From Longimicrobiales bacterium (lineage in GTDB: Bacteria; Gemmatimonadota; Gemmatimonadetes; Longimicrobiales; Gaopeijiaceae): a DNA stretch of 64,000 nt. Shown here one piece after another: positions 47,964 through 57,505 of this stretch (position 1 is the first letter of the stretch; the number at the start of each line of letters is the position of its first letter). The notes under the pieces were generated by a model. That model was not told where the DNA came from. It did no database searches and saw only the letters and a list, made by a program, of their open reading frames with translations. The position numbers were made by a program, and so were the translations under genes. The stretch lies in NCBI GenBank assembly GCA_965204735.1, contig OZ242008.1, positions 2,336,001-2,400,000 of the forward strand, read 5' to 3'.

Positions 47964-48339
47964 AGTCGTCGAGCCGCTTGTTCATGTCGTCCAGCCGCCT
48001 GTTCATGTCGTCCAGCCGCTTGTTGACGAACGCGAGGTTCCGCTGCTCCGATTCTCTGATGCTCCGATGCATCTCGGCCCGCAGAGCATCGATCTCGGCG
48101 CGGAACTCGGCCTTGATGGACTCGATCTTTTCGTCCGTGGACTTGAACTGCTGGGCGATCGCTGTGAACTGCTTGTCGACCACCACGAACCGCTTGTCAA
48201 CTGCCGCGAATGGCTTGTCGACTGCCGCGAACGGATGCTCGAGGAACTTGAGAATCCGCCGGTTCTGGTTGCCGAGCCACGCCAGAGCCGCGACGAAGCC
48301 GGCAAGCCCGGGCCAGGTGTCGATCCACTCGAGTCCCAT
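47881..48339 (-). CDS. Heptad-repeat coiled-coil protein, copy 2 (152 aa)
   Basis: Intact paralog of 46841-47341. Confidence 0.78.
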   Translation of the reverse strand: MGLEWIDTWPGLAGFVAALAWLGNQNRRILKFLEHPFAAVDKPFAAVDKRFVVVDKQFTAIAQQFKSTDEKIESIKAEFRAEIDALRAEMHRSIRESEQRNLAFVNKRLDDMNRRLDDMNKRLDDFKDFVLARIESPPRRTASRNPVPASEA

Positions 48340-48380
48340 CTCCTGCCCCTTTCCGGCGACGCTTGCGTCACCAGGGCCCG

Positions 48381-48911
48381 TCAGCGACCCAGCCAGCGCA
48401 GGACGAACTTGGCCGCGGCCGAGAGGGGCACGGTGAATCCCGAAGTACCGTCGCCGTCTCCGTCCCCTGCGCCGTCGCCGCCTCCCTGAATGCCAAGCGC
48501 GGCGACGGCCATGAGCGCCGCGCCGCCAGCTACCGCCACGCCGAGCCCCACGCTTCGCCCCATCGAGAACTCCTTGCGCTCCACGCTCGCCAGCTCGGCG
48601 CTGGCGACGCGAAAGGTGTCGAAGCGGACGTACTGCTGGAACGGACTGATGTCGCGGCTGAGGCGGGCCGCCAGCACCAAGGTGTCCCCCGACGCCAAGA
48701 CCGATCCTTCGACCGAAACGGTTTCGGGGGGTGCGTTGGGATCGGCGACGGCGGACTGCACGGGGACCCTAACCCTGGCCACCGTCCCCGGGGCGGGCGT
48801 TTCGACCGGGATGTACCGGTAGCAGCCCGCCAGCAGGAACGCGCCCAAGCCGAAGGCGACAACGCGCATCGTTCGACGCGCGCCCGCCAGCGCTTCGGGC
48901 GCAGCCGTCAC
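48381..48911 (-). CDS. Hypothetical lipoprotein
   Basis: LAGCY lipobox; C-terminal hydrophobic segment; GTG 48911 or ATG 48869. Confidence 0.75.
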   Translation of the reverse strand: MTAAPEALAGARRTMRVVAFGLGAFLLAGCYRYIPVETPAPGTVARVRVPVQSAVADPNAPPETVSVEGSVLASGDTLVLAARLSRDISPFQQYVRFDTFRVASAELASVERKEFSMGRSVGLGVAVAGGAALMAVAALGIQGGGDGAGDGDGDGTSGFTVPLSAAAKFVLRWLGR

Positions 48912-49351
48912 AGCTCCACGTCCAGGGCGCGAGTGTACTGATGGTTGAAGGCGTAGACGAAGTGCCACGGCTCGCCTGGGAATATGCCGCCTGATTCGGA
49001 GAGCAAGTTGCGGCGGTCCACGTCGATTCGGACGCTCACCGCCAGCGTGTCTCCCTGCACGGACTCGGCCTGGACGAACCACCTGCGCTCGACGGAGATG
49101 TCGATCAGCGTGTCCACGGGCAACGTGTACAACACCGTGTCTGCCGCGACCACTTGCACTCGGGTGACCCCGGTCTCGGTGGCTCCCGCCACAAACTGCT
49201 TGGAGTAGATCACCCGCACCTGCTTGCCCGCGTCGCCCCGCATCTCGAACGAGATGTTCGACGGCGTGGGGTCGGTGAAGGCTTCGCACCCCAGAAGCCC
49301 GGCGAAGAGGACCAGGGCGGCAAGGGCGAGGCGACGCTTCGTCCGCTTCAT
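48908..49351 (-). CDS. Hypothetical lipoprotein
   Basis: MKRTKRR..LLGC lipoprotein signal. Confidence 0.75.
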   Translation of the reverse strand: MKRTKRRLALAALVLFAGLLGCEAFTDPTPSNISFEMRGDAGKQVRVIYSKQFVAGATETGVTRVQVVAADTVLYTLPVDTLIDISVERRWFVQAESVQGDTLAVSVRIDVDRRNLLSESGGIFPGEPWHFVYAFNHQYTRALDVEL

Positions 49352-49458
49352 CGCACGAAAGGGAACGGGCACGCCCGCGACAGCGCTCGTCACGGACGCG
49401 CCCGATCCCATTTCAGCTGGCCGGCAGGGCTGAGCCTAGCCTTGCGTCTGCAAGGCGG

Positions 49459-50799
49459 TCAGCCGCCGCAGCCCTGGCCGTTGAGGTGGCAGTTCGCCCG
49501 AATCTCGATGATCGAGATCGGGAGCATCGTGCCCGGCCTTGTCGTTGCCGCAGCAGCGCCTTGCCACTGCGGATCGGACATTCCCCACCGGTACATGTCG
49601 GCGAGGCGGAGGCCCTGAAGCAGCACATTGACCCGGCGAGTGTGCTGGAGCATCTCCATGTTGTCGACCTGGCCGCTGAAGGGCGTCAGATCGTCCAGCG
49701 CGCGGATGTGGTTGACGTGCTCCGTAAACGTCGCGTCGTCCCCGCCAGCCAGCGCGTTTTCGGCCAGGATGAGGTGCATCATCCTCGACGACACCAAGGT
49801 CAGGTCGGGGTAGACCCCCCCCTTGTCCATGTAGTTGCCGCCCTTCCACTGGTTCAGCCACTTGATGACCGCAGGATCGTCGACCGTGTCGATCGGGTCC
49901 TGGAGGGCGATGCCGTTGATGTCGTTTTGGGCGTTGCGAGTCGCGACGGAGACGTCGATCTGGTTCTCCTTGCGGTCGTTGACCCAGCTCGCCATCGAGT
50001 TGGTGCGACTGGCGCTGGAGAAACTCAGGTTGAACGTCCAGTCGGCCTCGTTTCCGCCAACGGCGGCGATCACCGCCGCGGCGTCCGCCCCGGCTTCGGA
50101 GGAGCTGGCCAGTCCGTCGCCCGACGGCGACGGGTTGATCTCGTCCCAGATCGCACGCGACTGACGGGCCCGAGCCCGCAACGCCCTGGCAGCTACCTCC
50201 ATCTCGCTGTTGCCCAACGCGGCGAAGCCCGTCATCGCGTCGCTGAAGCGCGTGATGGCGCCGTCGAGCACCTGATACATGTTGGCGTCGCCGACCGGGG
50301 CGCCGCTCTCGGTCTTGTCCGAGAAGGCGAAGTCCTCTTGGATCTCGCCGATGACCATGTACATGATGCCAGCGTACATGTTGGCCCGGGCCAGATCCGT
50401 CCTGAGCGACTCGGAATCCGAGTTGTTCCCCACGTGCTCCGTCAGGATCTCGATCGCCTCGTCGGCCATCCACCGTCCCTGTCCCATCGCCGGGAAGGGA
50501 CCGTCGATGAACTCGTTGTTCGGATCGTCGACGAAGCCCTGGTCGAGGGAGAGCCAAGCGTCTCGCGAGCCGATCCAGCTCATCTCGTCGGAAGCGACGA
50601 GGTAGGGCTGCCAGGACTGGGAGACCGACGACGAGACCAGCGTCAGCGTCCCGTTCACGACGGCGTTGGCAGCAGCCTCCTGCCTCACGTCGGCTTCCAC
50701 GAGGTCGTTGGGGTTGCTGACGTCCAGGAGGTCGCAGCCTCCGAGCGCGAGCGCCGCCACCCAAGCAGCGGGCGCTCCGATAGTCCGGAATCTCTTCAT
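49459..50799 (-). CDS. RagB/SusD-like lipoprotein
   Basis: LGGCD.LDV.NP lipobox; LI.AE, VN.IRA, G.RLAD.YR, LPI...E..AN; follows SusC-like gene. Confidence 0.85.
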   Translation of the reverse strand: MKRFRTIGAPAAWVAALALGGCDLLDVSNPNDLVEADVRQEAAANAVVNGTLTLVSSSVSQSWQPYLVASDEMSWIGSRDAWLSLDQGFVDDPNNEFIDGPFPAMGQGRWMADEAIEILTEHVGNNSDSESLRTDLARANMYAGIMYMVIGEIQEDFAFSDKTESGAPVGDANMYQVLDGAITRFSDAMTGFAALGNSEMEVAARALRARARQSRAIWDEINPSPSGDGLASSSEAGADAAAVIAAVGGNEADWTFNLSFSSASRTNSMASWVNDRKENQIDVSVATRNAQNDINGIALQDPIDTVDDPAVIKWLNQWKGGNYMDKGGVYPDLTLVSSRMMHLILAENALAGGDDATFTEHVNHIRALDDLTPFSGQVDNMEMLQHTRRVNVLLQGLRLADMYRWGMSDPQWQGAAAATTRPGTMLPISIIEIRANCHLNGQGCGG

Positions 50800-50812
50800 C
50801 TGTCCGTCCCTC

Positions 50813-53800
50813 CTAGAACGTGACGCGGGTGGTGAACATGAACCGACGCGGAATCGGGATCCCCCAGCCTTCCGTCGAGTCCAGGAAGTTGCAGTTCAAA
50901 CCCGAGTTGCACCGTCCCAGCACGTTCCCTTCGGGGTCCATGCCGGTATAGTCGCCCAACATGAAGAGCCGCAGGTTGCGGGCGCCCAGGTTGACCGTGG
51001 CCGTGGACAGGCCCCACCCCTCGACGATATCCGAAGGCAGTCGGTAGGTCAGGGAGAGTTCCCGCCACTGAATCCAGCTGGCGTCGTAGACCCCGTTCAT
51101 GCCGCTCATGGGCGAGAGTCCTTCGATCTCGTGCGCCCAAGCGATCGCGGCGTCGAGGCGCTGTTCGGCGGACGAAGCCGGGTTGAGCATGATCGCGTAC
51201 AGCTCGGCCGAGCGCGGCGTGTTGCGCCCGATGAAGTTGTTGGCCCGGCGGAACATGCCCGACAGGTCCTGCACTTGGTGGCCGATCTTGTACTCCATCA
51301 TCGAGCTCAGCTCGAAGTTGTCCAGGAAGGACATGTTGAAGCCGAAGGACCCCGCGTAGTCGGGAGTGGGCTTGCCCAGGTAGCTTTCCAGCAGGCCGGC
51401 GCCGCAGTTGTTGGACGCGTAGCCGCCGTTCGGCGTGCCGAAGTCCGAGTTGCCGATGGCGATGGGCTTGAAGCTGTTCGGGTTCCGCGGCTGGCTGAAG
51501 TACTCCAGGGCCTCCGCGCGAGTGGGCACCCTGCACTCTCCTCCTTGGGGAGCGAGGATGTTCAGCGGGATCTCCACGTCGGCGATCTTGGCGCCGAAGA
51601 ACGCGCCCGGCGTGTAGCCGCTCGTGAGGAAGTTGCGGTAGCGCGGGTACGAGCCCCCCGTCTTCAGGGGCGGAGCGCCGCCCAGGTCCGTGATCTCTTC
51701 GGTCAGCGTCGCCGTGTTGGCAAAGACGTTGAGGGACAGGGAGCGGTTCTGGACCACCGACCCGCGAACCGCGAGTTCGAGCCCAGAGCCGACCAACTCG
51801 CCGATGTTGTCGAGCTGGGTGCGCGTGAAGCCTCCGGTCACCGGGAACTGACGGGCCACCATCGCGTCGGACACCGTTCGGTTCCAATAGGTCGCGTCCA
51901 GCGACCAGCGGTCGTCGAGGAAGCCCATCTCGGCGCCGACCTCCCACTCGGTCGACACTTCGGGCCGCAAGGCGCTGTTGCCCAGGTTGCTGGGCTGCAC
52001 CCCTGCGCCCGCCTCGGAGCCGAGCGAGGAGAAGGTCGTGAACTTGTCGAAGGCGCCCGGCTGCAGGCCGGACCGTCCCCATGCACTCCTGATCCGCAGG
52101 GTCGACAGAACGTCGCCGCCGAAGGCGTCGAAGTACTGGCTGGGGACCACCGACAGGGACGCCTTGGGGTAGAACGCCGTCTCGAACTCCTCGCCGAAGG
52201 CGGAGTTCGCGTCCCAGCGACCGCCGAAGGTCAGGAATACCCAGTCGTCCAAGCCGACCTGGTCCTGCACGTATCCGCCGATCTGAGTCACCCGCAGCCA
52301 AGTTTCGTAGGAGCCCTCGGAACCCAGAGCCGACAAGGTCTCGAGGCCGGGGCCCGGGAAGTCGCGACCGCTTCCGCCCGCCGACTGCCTCTGACGGAGG
52401 AAGCCCTGCGTCCCAAAGAGCAGGGTGTTCTCGATTCGGTCCGTGTTGAAGACGTACGAGCCCTTCAGGTCGGCCGTGATCTCTCGGCTGCGGTCCTCGT
52501 TGACGCTGCGGGAGCCGTCGGGCGTCGAGCCCGAGTAGTTGTCCACGTTCCACCGATAAGGGCGGAAGCTGACCGCGTCGTCGGAGGTGAAGTCGACGCC
52601 GAAGGTGCCGTCGAGGCGGAAGGCCTCCATCGGCGTGTAGGAGATCGTGGTCGTTCCGGCGAAGTGCTGCGAGTTCACGAAGTTGAGCTGGTACATGTTC
52701 TCGCGAAGGGTCGCAAAGGCCGGCTGTCCGTACTTGTTGACCCGGTTGTTCGCGTCCGGCACTTCGTGGGCAAGGCGCAGCTGGGACATCAGCGCGGAGG
52801 AGAACACGCCGTAGATGTTGTTGGAGTTGTCCGGCGTGTGGTGCTCCATGTCCGAATAGAGCATCGTCACGCCTATCCGCACGTTGCTGTTGGGAACGAT
52901 CGTGAAGTTCGTGTTGATCGACGCGCGCCGGTTGGTGTCGGTCTCGGGCTCGACCCCTTCGACCACTTCAAAGTTCTGTGCCGCGTCGTAGGGACCGTCC
53001 TCCATCGCCAGCCGAGCCGACACGAAGTAGGTGAAGCCCTCGGAGCCGCCGTTGACGGAGCCCGAGTACGTCTGGCCGAAGCCTGTCGTCAGGAGCTCCG
53101 GGATGATGTCGCGCTCGATGGGCTCGAAAGCGCTGACCGAGCCTCCCCAGCGCGTCTGCATGCGCGCGATCGCATCCGAAAGCCGCCCAGCGTCGCCGTC
53201 GCCGGTGCAGCCCGGAGTCCGGCAAACGCGACCTGCGAAGTCGGCAACCGGCAAGATGCGGTTGGTAGGCACCGAGATACCGGTCCAGTCGCCCTGAAGG
53301 GTGAACTTGGGCGCGCCGGCCGTCCCCCGCTTGGTGAAGATCTGGATGACGCCGTTGGACGCCTCGGTGCCGTACAGCGTCGCCGCCGCGGCGCCCTTGA
53401 GGATCTCGATGCTTTCGATCGATTCGGGCGGGATGTCGTCGAGGCGGGAAGGGTTGCCCTGGCCGTTGAAGTTCTGGACGGCCGAGCGGTCCACGCGGAT
53501 GCCGTCGACGTAGATGATCGGCTCGTTGACCTGGGAGAGCGAGGCGCTGCCCCGGATGCGGATGCGGGCGCCTTCGCCTGTGTAGCCCGACGACGGCAGG
53601 GCGACCACGCCGGCCTCGCGACCCGCGATCAGCTGGCTGAAGTCGGAGACCGGCGCGTTCTCCACGGTGGCTACGTCGATCGTGGCGATCGTGTTGCCCA
53701 GCTTCCGCTTCTCCGTGGCCACGCCGGCCCCGGTCACGACGATCTGGTCTAGGGCGATGGCGGTGACCGCGAGCTCGAAGTTCGCGGTCACGGTCGCGCC

Positions 53801-54109
53801 GGCTCCGACGGTGATCGTCTGGGAACCTTCGCGGTACCCGACCAGCTGAACCGTCAGGGCGTGCTCGCCCACAGGCGCGTTCACCAGGACGAAGCGTCCG
53901 CTGCTGTTGGTCAGGGTGCCGGCGCCGGTCCCCTCGATGAAGACCTGGGCCGACTCGAGCGGCCGCGAGGACCCGGATTCCGTCACCGTCCCGATGACGG
54001 TTCCGGTCTGGGCCTGGGCGGCTGGTGCGAGGGCGAGGGCGGCAACGAGCGCCGCTCCGAACCCTCGGCCCCATGTTCTGGGGGCTGCTTCCGACAAGCT
54101 ACGTGTCAT
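50813..54109 (-). CDS. SusC/RagA-family TonB-dependent receptor
   Basis: Signal peptide, carboxypeptidase-like N-domain, plug IRIRG.AS..PIIYVDG..IEILKGAAAATLYG..ASNGVIQIFTK, terminal F. Confidence 0.96.
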   Translation of the reverse strand: MTRSLSEAAPRTWGRGFGAALVAALALAPAAQAQTGTVIGTVTESGSSRPLESAQVFIEGTGAGTLTNSSGRFVLVNAPVGEHALTVQLVGYREGSQTITVGAGATVTANFELAVTAIALDQIVVTGAGVATEKRKLGNTIATIDVATVENAPVSDFSQLIAGREAGVVALPSSGYTGEGARIRIRGSASLSQVNEPIIYVDGIRVDRSAVQNFNGQGNPSRLDDIPPESIESIEILKGAAAATLYGTEASNGVIQIFTKRGTAGAPKFTLQGDWTGISVPTNRILPVADFAGRVCRTPGCTGDGDAGRLSDAIARMQTRWGGSVSAFEPIERDIIPELLTTGFGQTYSGSVNGGSEGFTYFVSARLAMEDGPYDAAQNFEVVEGVEPETDTNRRASINTNFTIVPNSNVRIGVTMLYSDMEHHTPDNSNNIYGVFSSALMSQLRLAHEVPDANNRVNKYGQPAFATLRENMYQLNFVNSQHFAGTTTISYTPMEAFRLDGTFGVDFTSDDAVSFRPYRWNVDNYSGSTPDGSRSVNEDRSREITADLKGSYVFNTDRIENTLLFGTQGFLRQRQSAGGSGRDFPGPGLETLSALGSEGSYETWLRVTQIGGYVQDQVGLDDWVFLTFGGRWDANSAFGEEFETAFYPKASLSVVPSQYFDAFGGDVLSTLRIRSAWGRSGLQPGAFDKFTTFSSLGSEAGAGVQPSNLGNSALRPEVSTEWEVGAEMGFLDDRWSLDATYWNRTVSDAMVARQFPVTGGFTRTQLDNIGELVGSGLELAVRGSVVQNRSLSLNVFANTATLTEEITDLGGAPPLKTGGSYPRYRNFLTSGYTPGAFFGAKIADVEIPLNILAPQGGECRVPTRAEALEYFSQPRNPNSFKPIAIGNSDFGTPNGGYASNNCGAGLLESYLGKPTPDYAGSFGFNMSFLDNFELSSMMEYKIGHQVQDLSGMFRRANNFIGRNTPRSAELYAIMLNPASSAEQRLDAAIAWAHEIEGLSPMSGMNGVYDASWIQWRELSLTYRLPSDIVEGWGLSTATVNLGARNLRLFMLGDYTGMDPEGNVLGRCNSGLNCNFLDSTEGWGIPIPRRFMFTTRVTF

Positions 54110-54227
54110 TGAGTGGTCCTTTCGGGTGAAGTGGTGACACGGCTGAGCGACATTGTATAGATAGATAGGGTTGCGCCCCGGTGGGCTCGTGTCAAGCACT
54201 GTGCGCCGGGCGGGCGCGAAGCGCCGG

Positions 54228-54614
54228 TCAAGCCACCCGCGCCACGACCTCGATCTCCACGTCCACGTTCTTGGGAAGCCCCGCCACGGCCACGGTGGCC
54301 CGGGCCGGCCGGTGGTCGCCGAACCGGCTGGCGTACACGGCGTTCATCTCGGCGAAGAGGGCCATGTCGGAGAGGAAGACGGTGGTCTTGACGACGGTGT
54401 CCATGCTGCCGCCGGCGGCCGTCAGCACGGCGGACAGGTTCTGGAGCACTTGGTCGGTCTGGACGCCCACGTCTCCCTGGACGACTTCGCCGGTCTCGGG
54501 GTCCAGGGGAATCTGCCCGGACGCGAATATCCATCCGTCGGTCACGACGGCCTGGGAGTAGGGACCGATGGCGCCGGGGGCGTCGTCGGTGCTCGCGGTG
54601 TCGATCTGCGGCAT
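54228..54614 (-). CDS. ridA: RidA/YjgF reactive intermediate deaminase
   Basis: AP.AIGPYSQA, SGQIP, VVKTTVFL, PAR..V.V..LP...VEIE; GGAGG RBS. Confidence 0.95.
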   Translation of the reverse strand: MPQIDTASTDDAPGAIGPYSQAVVTDGWIFASGQIPLDPETGEVVQGDVGVQTDQVLQNLSAVLTAAGGSMDTVVKTTVFLSDMALFAEMNAVYASRFGDHRPARATVAVAGLPKNVDVEIEVVARVA

Positions 54615-54709
54615 GGGCCATGCCTCCATGGTTCTGGTCTGAGTGTGCAGGTAGGCGGGGACCCCGCCGCGGAGGAATCTCCGGATTCGTTCGATCCGGC
54701 CCGCGCGGC

Positions 54710-56395
54710 CTAGCCGCCACCTTCGGGGGTCTGGGCGTCCTCGCCTTCCGAGGGCTGGTCGTCTTCGTCGTACCCTTCCGACCCATAGGATCCCTCCGGC
54801 TCCTTCACAACCGCAGGAGCGGAGGCGGCCGGGACAGCCCGAAACCCGTGGATCGCCGTTAGTATGTCGGACTTCGTGGTCCGCATTTCCTCCCGGAACT
54901 CCACGCGGAACGCATCGACCTGCGCCTGAACCGCTCGGTTGTCGTCCCGTGCCTCGGTTCTGACTGCTTCGATCTTGTCCAGAAGCGCCCGGTGGCTCTC
55001 TTCGCCTGCCAGCCGCACGGACTCGATCTTGTCGACAAGCGTCCGGTGGCTCTCCTCGCCCGCCGTCCGCACGGAGTCGATCTTCTCCAGGAGGGTCCGG
55101 TGGCTCTCCTCGCCCGCCGCCCGCACGGACTCGATATGCGCCATCAGCGCTCGATGGCCCTCTTGCGCCTCCGCTCGGGCCGCCTGCACTTCGGCTCGGA
55201 CCCTCTCGCTCGCCGCCTGCGCCTCCGCTCGGGCCGCTTGCACCTCGGCACGGGCCTCCTCCCTCGCCGCCTGCACTTCGGCGCGGACTCGCTCGCTCGC
55301 CGCCTGCGCCTCCTCCCTGGTCGCTTGCGCGTCTGCGCGGGCCTCCTCCCTGGCCGTCTGCGCCTCGGCTCGGGCCTTCTCGGCCGCCGCCTGCGCCTCC
55401 GCTCGGGCCTTCTCGGTCGCCGCCTGCACTTCGGCTCGGACTCGCTCGCTCGCCGCCTGCGCCTCCTCCCTGGTCGCCTGCGCGTCTGCGCGGGCTTCCT
55501 CCCTGGCCGTCTGCGCCTCGGCTCGGGCCTTCTCGGTCGCCGCCTGCAACTCGGCTCGGACCCTCTCGGCCGCCGCCTGCACTTCGGCGCGGACCCTCTC
55601 GGTCGCCGCCTGCGCCTCCTCCCTGGTCGCCTGCGCGTCTGCGCGGGCTTCCTCCCTGGCCGTCTGCGCCTCGGCTCGGGCCTCCTCCCTGGCCGCCTGC
55701 GCCTCGGCTCGGGCCTTCTCGGTCGCCGCCTGCAACTCGGCTCGGACTCGCTCGCTCGTCGCCTGCAACTCGGCTCGGATCCTCTCGCTCGCCGCCTGCG
55801 TCTCCGCTCGGGCCGCCTCCGCGTCCGCCCGGGCCTCCTCCCTCGCCGCCTGCGTCTCCGCTCGGGCCGCCTCCGCGTCCGCCCGGGCCTCCTCCCTGGC
55901 CGCCTGCGTCTCCGCTCGGGCCGCCTCCGCGCCCGCCCGGGCCTCCTCCCTGGCCGCCTGCGCGTCTGCGCGGGCTTCCTCCCTCGCCGCCTGCACCTCG
56001 GCTCGGGCCTTTTCGGTCGCCGCTTGCGCCTCCGCATGGGCCGCCCGCGCCTCGGCATAGGCCCTTTCGGTTGCCGCCTGCGCTTCCGCTCTCGCCGCTT
56101 GCGCGTCCGCCCGGGCTTCCTCCCGCGTCGCCTGCGAGTCCGCGTGAGCCTCTTGTCGCGCGGCCTGCACCTCGGCCCGGGCTTCGGCTCTCGCCTCCTG
56201 GATCTCGTCGGTCAGCCTCGACCCCAGGTGGTCTATCCGCTCCCTGACGGCATCGACAGCCGACCTGACGTGGTCGATCTGGCTCTCGCGGAGCCTTACG
56301 AGCTCCCTCCTCCCGCCGACGACGGCCACCATCACGCCGGCCCCGCTGGCCAACGCGCCCATGCAGGTCGCGATGGCGATCACCATGTTCCACAT
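54710..56395 (-). CDS. N-terminally anchored long coiled-coil protein of 11- and 18-residue repeats
   Basis: GGAGG RBS; hydrophobic residues ~3-27; dozens of AQAAREEARAE-type units; IESVR.AGEESHR.L.DK x3; acidic tail. Confidence 0.85.
   Translation of the reverse strand: MWNMVIAIATCMGALASGAGVMVAVVGGRRELVRLRESQIDHVRSAVDAVRERIDHLGSRLTDEIQEARAEARAEVQAARQEAHADSQATREEARADAQAARAEAQAATERAYAEARAAHAEAQAATEKARAEVQAAREEARADAQAAREEARAGAEAARAETQAAREEARADAEAARAETQAAREEARADAEAARAETQAASERIRAELQATSERVRAELQAATEKARAEAQAAREEARAEAQTAREEARADAQATREEAQAATERVRAEVQAAAERVRAELQAATEKARAEAQTAREEARADAQATREEAQAASERVRAEVQAATEKARAEAQAAAEKARAEAQTAREEARADAQATREEAQAASERVRAEVQAAREEARAEVQAARAEAQAASERVRAEVQAARAEAQEGHRALMAHIESVRAAGEESHRTLLEKIDSVRTAGEESHRTLVDKIESVRLAGEESHRALLDKIEAVRTEARDDNRAVQAQVDAFRVEFREEMRTTKSDILTAIHGFRAVPAASAPAVVKEPEGSYGSEGYDEDDQPSEGEDAQTPEGGG
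54960..56200. repeat. 33-bp and 54-bp coding tandem repeat array
   Basis: Recurring cgcctgcgcctc..ctcgggcct..tc units. Confidence 0.92.
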
Positions 56396-56509
56396 GGCTT
56401 CCTCCCGTGAGCGTTGGGTACAATGTCGTGAGGAAGGGACCGGTCTGCCAGTCCCCGGGGACGAAGTTTGAGGCCAAGGCCCGACGCCTGGAAGCCGGGT
56501 GGGCGTCTG

Positions 56510-57505
56510 TCAGCCGGAAGTTCTCCCCCGAGCCTCCCGAAGCGACATCCGGATCTCCTCCGGCGCGACCGTGGCCACCCCTGTCCGGGCCAGTCCCACG
56601 GCGGCGGCGTGACCGGCCCAGCGGATCGATTCGGCCATTGCGGCGCCCGCAGCCAAGGAGACGGCCACGACGGCGGACACGGTGTCGCCGGCGCCCGAGA
56701 CGTCGTACACGGAGCGAGCCTGGACCCGCACTCGGTCCAGCACTCCGCCTGGAGAGGCGAGGGCCATCCCGCCGGACCCCAGCGTCAGAAGCAGGTGGTC
56801 GCAGCCGATGCGGCGGCGGGCGGCGTCCATCCATTCGGCGTCGCCGGGGCGGGCCGCTTCGCCCAGGGCCGTCTCCAGCTCGCTCCGGTTGGGCTTGAAG
56901 ACGGCGACGCCCCGGTAGGCGAAGAAGTTGCGCCGCTTCGGGTCGACCACGACGGAGACGCCCACCTCCGAGGCCGCTTCCACCGCCGTGCCCGCGACCG
57001 GGTCGGCGAGCGTCCCCTTGTCGTAGTCCGCCAGGACGAGGACCTGGGCGCCCGCGAGCCGCTCTCGAAGGCGCTCCAGCAGCTCTTGGCCCACCGCCGG
57101 CGCGTGCGACTCGTCCTCCTCCCGGTCCACGCGCACCACCTGCTGGCCCTGGGCCAGGACCCGGGTCTTGACCGTGGTGGAGCGGCCCGGCGCGTGCACG
57201 AAGTCGCAGCGGGCGCCCGCGGCTTCCAGGGCGCGTCGGATCGACAGGCCCGCCTGATCGTCGCCCACGACGCCGACCAGGTCGCACTCGGCGCCCAGCG
57301 CGCGGACGTTGGCGGCCACGTTCCCTGCGCCGCCCACCGCGTCCCACTCGCCTTCCACCTTGACCACGGGGACGGGAGCTTCGGGCGACACCCGGTGGGC
57401 CCGGCCCTCCACGTAGCGGTCCAGCATGACGTCGCCCAGCACGACGGCGCGGCAGTCGGGGAAGCGGGCGGCGACTTCCGCGAAGCGCGAGGGGGGGTCG
57501 GTCAA
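56510..57505 (-). CDS. rfaE1: D-glycero-beta-D-manno-heptose-7-phosphate kinase
   Basis: GDVMLD.Y, R.SPEAPVPVV, GGA.NVA.N, DY.KG, VDPK, KPN..E, DVSGAGDTV. Confidence 0.94.
   Translation of the reverse strand: MTDPPSRFAEVAARFPDCRAVVLGDVMLDRYVEGRAHRVSPEAPVPVVKVEGEWDAVGGAGNVAANVRALGAECDLVGVVGDDQAGLSIRRALEAAGARCDFVHAPGRSTTVKTRVLAQGQQVVRVDREEDESHAPAVGQELLERLRERLAGAQVLVLADYDKGTLADPVAGTAVEAASEVGVSVVVDPKRRNFFAYRGVAVFKPNRSELETALGEAARPGDAEWMDAARRRIGCDHLLLTLGSGGMALASPGGVLDRVRVQARSVYDVSGAGDTVSAVVAVSLAAGAAMAESIRWAGHAAAVGLARTGVATVAPEEIRMSLREARGRTSG

Larger units (their letters stand above)
46473..48373. repeat. Tandem segmental duplication: 46473-47375 copied at 47725-48373
   Basis: Near-identical sequence; second copy lacks 213 bp of P450 sequence and two heptads. 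Confidence 0.92.

Noticed and set aside
46841..48339. Duplicated coiled-coil genes as a DGR template/variable repeat pair
   Set aside because: Differences are not adenine-specific (G>C, T>C, C>A, C>T all seen) and no reverse transcriptase is in the window.
54152..54195. TTGACA plus TACAAT as a sigma-70 promoter for susC
   Set aside because: Spacing is about 32 bp, not 16-18; only the -10-like box is retained as possible.
54148..56428. 10-bp inverted repeat (cgacattgta / tacaatgtcg) flanking ridA and the coiled-coil gene as an invertible segment
   Set aside because: Too short to distinguish from chance; no recombinase nearby.
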